Shown: positions 7,127 to 10,929 of the stretch, one piece after another
Position numbering within the stretch: the first letter of the stretch is position 1
Layout of the letters: each line of letters starts with the position of its first letter
From: Amoeboradix gromovi X-113
Lineage: Eukaryota; Fungi; Sanchytriomycota
NCBI GenBank assembly: GCA_018985225.1
Contig: JADGIF010000325.1
Location: forward strand, 1 to 10,929
Direction: 5' to 3'
DNA length: 10,929 nucleotides
The notes under the pieces: generated by a model
The model's input: only the letters and a program-made list of their open reading frames with translations
What the model was told of the DNA's origin: nothing
Databases searched by the model: none
Program-made: the position numbers and the translations under genes

Positions 7127-10100
7127 TCAACGCTCAACTGATTTTGATCGTTTATGACTATGCTGCTTTGGTGCTCGCACAACGCTTATTGTGTGCCTCC
7201 TATCCAGCTTTCTCTTTTCTGGTTGTGAAATCAGTTCTAATCCTCTTCCCACCCCATCTTCCTTACTGAATGCGTAACCCGCATGGTTGTGTTCGCCGTT
7301 TTTCATTATTACGCTGCTGTGTCTGTTGTTTATCATAGATTCCCTTATAAGTGGTTTTATGCCATATTTGCTTTCCCTTCTTTCCAGCACGCTAGCCGGT
7401 AAAGGAGAAGCTATTATTTGTGGCAATGGGCTATGATCTACTTTTTTTCTGACATTCTGTGGATCCGTTAAAACTGCTAGTTGTCCCGTTTTGTATATCT
7501 CTTGAAATATGTCAATGTCTGTACTGAAATATATCCTTCTCATATACTCATAGAACAACCATGGTAACTGGCATAGCGCAGTTGCCATTATTACTGTGAA
7601 CCAGAATATGAATGATCCTAGTGTTGTGTTAACTACCCCATACAGCGGGGATGCACTGACTAATGATGCTCCTATTACATAGAGAAATATAGTCATGGTG
7701 GACCCCCAAACAAATACAATATGAATCATTGTCCAGTATTTGCTACACAGTAAGCAATAAAGATTGGCGTTAAGTACAGCACAAATAGCCATTGTTGTAC
7801 CAACAGAGTATTTATCCACAGTTCTGCCTCCATCTAGTATTATGCCATAGTATGCTAGAAATGGAACATAGAAACAAATTATGGATTGATACAATCCAAC
7901 AAACATCACAAGTGCAAAGTTTTGATATGTGTAAATATGATTAGACTGACTACATTTATATAAGCAAGGCACGGCCAGTAGGACATGTCTATTTATTGTT
8001 TGGTCAAATCCACCAATAGCTGCTACCGGCAGCGCGCTAAATAAAACATTAAACATCATCATATAAGAGAAATCCCAAACGTATTCATAGCTGAAGAAAG
8101 AATGAAACTGAAACCAAAATAGCACCCCAACCCATATGACATTTTTTTGAAAAAAGGTCAATATCATCCAGGATATCCTATGATAATTCCAATGCCCATG
8201 CACCAATATTAAGGAAACCAGGAATCTAAATTTGTCAATTGCGTAGTCTGCATTCATTGCCGCTTGCATTCCTTCTACTCCCCGTATGCCCACTCCAATA
8301 TGAGCCTCTTGGATCATCGAAACATCGTTTGCACCATCACCAATTGCCAATGTGATCACCCTCTGTTTATTTTTAACATTAGAAACCACTTGAGCCTTTT
8401 GAAAGGGGCTTACTCTGCAGCATATAACACTAGCGCATCTGCCACAAAACCTAAGGAACAAATCTACATTTAATGGCGAAAGTGCTTGCTCCAATGCTTC
8501 TCCGTCTATAACAAGTGCATTATTGTCTATATCTCGGTCTAATAACTTGGCATACTGTTCTATTTCACTTCCTATGTCTTCTAGCTTCCCTTTGAGTATA
8601 AACACATTCTGCTCTGACTTCAGCAATAAGGTACTAAATCCGATAGACATTGCAGTTTCTAATTTATCACCTGTTAATACCCATACGAGTATCCCTGCTT
8701 CTTTGAAGAGCTTAATAGCTTCAGGAACGTATTCTTGTAGCTTATCTTCAATACCGCTGCATCCAATAACATGCCAATCCTGCTCTATCAAATCATGACA
8801 TTCCGCTATTAGCTTCTTGTTGCTACTTGACAATGCTTCTTTATACTTTGAATGCCACTGATTATATGAATTTACTGGTATTTCCTTGTAAGCAAAGCAG
8901 AGCGTCCTTAAACCTGATTGCGCGAATTGCTGCAAATGATGATCAATAAACACTTTGGTAGGGTTGCTTATAGCATGTTGGAACATGAAATCATCTGCTC
9001 CTTTGCTGAACATGATGATTCTATTATCCATGGATTGAACAATAACAGACATTCTTTTTCGCGATGAGGTAAACTCAATTACGTGTAGAATGTTGTATTG
9101 AAAGAGCTTGTCCTTCATGTTAAGTGTAATCATGTTGCCGTCACGATGATCAAATGTATACCCCAATGATTTAGACTTGGTCAACAAGGCAACTTCATCA
9201 GGAGATTCGGAAACATAAATGTGTGATTCATCTTTGTGCTCAATAACGGCAGTATGGCAGCATAAAATAATAGTAAAAAACACATCAATCTGAGGATCTA
9301 TGGGTAGTTTGTTACTAAGATTATAAGAATTTTGCAATATCCCACACATTAAGAAATCCATCTTATTCTCGGTTAAAGTACCTGTTTTATCTGTAAAAAT
9401 TATATCTATAAGGCCAAGCTCATCAGCCAATGTCCATGTCCTGGCCAGAGCAGGTGAAACCCCAATCATTTCCTTATCGCAATGAATCCAGTAAGATTGT
9501 AAACCTTTGATGAGTTCAACAGTTATAAATAAACTGAGAGGCACGATATTTTGAAATGCTAATAATCCATCAAATAAATGGAGAAAGGCTTGGAAGTATT
9601 TATTGTTATCCTCTGGCGATGACCATGGATCAGAATCATCTGCAACTATAAAACCCAGGCTACTTATAAATACAAAAAGAAATAGGAGTAATAAATTCCC
9701 AATAACAAAGGGATTTGTCTTTTTATCGACGCTGCTTAATTTCTGGGATTTGGTACCAGTGTTCAATTGTATACGAGTGTCAACACCTGCGTATATAACG
9801 ACGCCTATGACAAACTCGGCATGTCTTAATGTGCAACCACGCCACAAAGTGTTGTCTAATAATAACGGTTTCTCCTTGTAGTTACCAGAAAATGTATAAA
9901 TCTGAGTTATTGGTTCTTCAACATTTAAGACCTCGCCTGCTGGAAATTGAAGCATCGATATAGCATCCGCCTTTACCGGCTTGTTATGCAAGGCGGCTCT
10001 TAATTTGTTGTTCGTTTCACCATCTAAGTTTTTAGTTTCAATGTAGCAGTAACCGTTGCTCTCACTCGTATATAGAATGATCATATCTGCAGGAATTTGC

Positions 10101-10468
10101 TGATCTTCATAAATGATTAGAACGTGTCCCAATTTTATGTCTTTACTGGGCATCAAACCATGCCCAAATACTTCAAAACATTTGTTATTTTGGATTAAAT
10201 CAGATTTGTAGCGTTGGTAATCTTCAAGACCATCTTTAAACATACTAGCAGAAATAACAATGACTAAAGGGAGAGCCGCAAATATAGGATCAGTGATTTT
10301 AAAGAGCGGGCAAAGTTGTAAGACGAACAAGAATAAAAAATAAAAATTGGCCCACTTGGAAAACTGGAACCAGAGATTCTTTGGAATAAAATTAAGAAGG
10401 GTATAATGAGTAGTTTTGATTTGGTTGGAACTTAGTATGACTGGATCGTTGATGGTAATACTTCTCAT
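7127..10468 (-). CDS. P4-type ATPase (phospholipid flippase, Dnf/Drs2/ATP8-ATP10-like), 1113 aa, intronless
   Basis: Motifs ETKNLDGETN, IVPLSL, DKTGTLT (phosphorylation site), SPDE, EFTSSRKRMS, KGAD, TGD, CCRVSPFQKA, AIGDGANDVSMIQ and C-terminal GYAFS. An in-frame TAA at 10487-10489 upstream supports ATG 10468 as the start. Confidence 0.97.
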   Translation of the reverse strand: MRSITINDPVILSSNQIKTTHYTLLNFIPKNLWFQFSKWANFYFLFLFVLQLCPLFKITDPIFAALPLVIVISASMFKDGLEDYQRYKSDLIQNNKCFEVFGHGLMPSKDIKLGHVLIIYEDQQIPADMIILYTSESNGYCYIETKNLDGETNNKLRAALHNKPVKADAISMLQFPAGEVLNVEEPITQIYTFSGNYKEKPLLLDNTLWRGCTLRHAEFVIGVVIYAGVDTRIQLNTGTKSQKLSSVDKKTNPFVIGNLLLLFLFVFISSLGFIVADDSDPWSSPEDNNKYFQAFLHLFDGLLAFQNIVPLSLFITVELIKGLQSYWIHCDKEMIGVSPALARTWTLADELGLIDIIFTDKTGTLTENKMDFLMCGILQNSYNLSNKLPIDPQIDVFFTIILCCHTAVIEHKDESHIYVSESPDEVALLTKSKSLGYTFDHRDGNMITLNMKDKLFQYNILHVIEFTSSRKRMSVIVQSMDNRIIMFSKGADDFMFQHAISNPTKVFIDHHLQQFAQSGLRTLCFAYKEIPVNSYNQWHSKYKEALSSSNKKLIAECHDLIEQDWHVIGCSGIEDKLQEYVPEAIKLFKEAGILVWVLTGDKLETAMSIGFSTLLLKSEQNVFILKGKLEDIGSEIEQYAKLLDRDIDNNALVIDGEALEQALSPLNVDLFLRFCGRCASVICCRVSPFQKAQVVSNVKNKQRVITLAIGDGANDVSMIQEAHIGVGIRGVEGMQAAMNADYAIDKFRFLVSLILVHGHWNYHRISWMILTFFQKNVIWVGVLFWFQFHSFFSYEYVWDFSYMMMFNVLFSALPVAAIGGFDQTINRHVLLAVPCLYKCSQSNHIYTYQNFALVMFVGLYQSIICFYVPFLAYYGIILDGGRTVDKYSVGTTMAICAVLNANLYCLLCSKYWTMIHIVFVWGSTMTIFLYVIGASLVSASPLYGVVNTTLGSFIFWFTVIMATALCQLPWLFYEYMRRIYFSTDIDIFQEIYKTGQLAVLTDPQNVRKKVDHSPLPQIIASPLPASVLERRESKYGIKPLIRESMINNRHSSVIMKNGEHNHAGYAFSKEDGVGRGLELISQPEKRKLDRRHTISVVRAPKQHSHKRSKSVER

Positions 10469-10688
10469 AATGAATGAAGGTTTCAGTTAAACTCGGGGAA
10501 GAAAACAAAAGGGAATGGTATACGAAATGTAGATAGGCGGAGAAAAAAGACGACAAGGTATAGAAATCAGATCAACTTTTCCAAACGAGCCTTTCTCTGT
10601 TCATTTTTACAGACTGCTGACTATAATGCGAAACATGAGTATTTTGCTTCTACTGGGACACCAAATATAAAACTAGACTAACTCGTTT

Positions 10689-10929
10689 TTAAAGGAGGTG
10701 CTCCATACGGAGGAAATCATTAATAAAAGATCTTCTATTATACAAATTTTCTTTCATTACTTTCAATCCCCTCTTCAAAATAAAATTAAAAGACCCTGCA
10801 TCTCGTTCAAATATATGAGGTCTTTGAGCATCTAAGCAAAAGGTGCATTTTCTTAGACGGTACTCTTATCTATTTCATTCTCACAGACACTACATTTCTT
10901 TGAAGTGTAATCTATGAACAGTCTCCCTG
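10689..10929 (-). mobile_element. C-terminal fragment of a TnpB/Fanzor-like nuclease (Zn finger + RuvC-III), frameshifted at about 10866, continuing beyond the right edge
   Basis: One frame reads DYTSKKCSVCENEIDK. After a 1-nt shift it reads EYRLRKCTFCLDAQRPHIFERDAGSFNFILKRGLKVMKE...HLL*. This fits the TnpB/Fanzor pattern TS-x-x-CxxC...CxxC...xRD-x-NAAxNI-x-x-R-G; the candidate catalytic Asp is at 10800-10802. Confidence 0.7.

Noticed and set aside
8264-9881. Plus-strand ORFs inside the flippase
   Set aside because: They are antisense shadows of a highly conserved CDS.
1-10929. CRISPR array, tRNA or rRNA genes
   Set aside because: I saw no regularly spaced repeats and no recognisable structural RNA sequence.

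Overview
AT-rich, gene-dense, intron-poor eukaryotic DNA read in the standard code (TAA and TGA both act as stops). It comes from an organism that retains intraflagellar transport; a zoosporic or early-diverging fungus is plausible but is my inference. Two conserved genes are intact: IFT56/TTC26 (minus, 4784-6401), split by one 19-nt GT-AG intron, and an intronless P4-ATPase lipid flippase (minus, 7127-10468). An orphan, probably secreted Cys-rich protein lies at 3881-4762 (+). The rest is largely mobile or accessory DNA that the ORF track misses. At the left edge is a frameshifted Sola1-type transposase interrupted by an LTR-like insert. A P-loop NTPase + PD-(D/E)xK nuclease gene with one frameshift spans 1549-3254, and a possible degenerate transposase relic lies at 6484-7040. 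At the right edge is the C-terminal Zn-finger/RuvC-III end of a TnpB/Fanzor-like RNA-guided nuclease, whose putative omega-RNA region abuts the flippase start. Family assignments rest on hand translation and remembered motifs, not on database searches.
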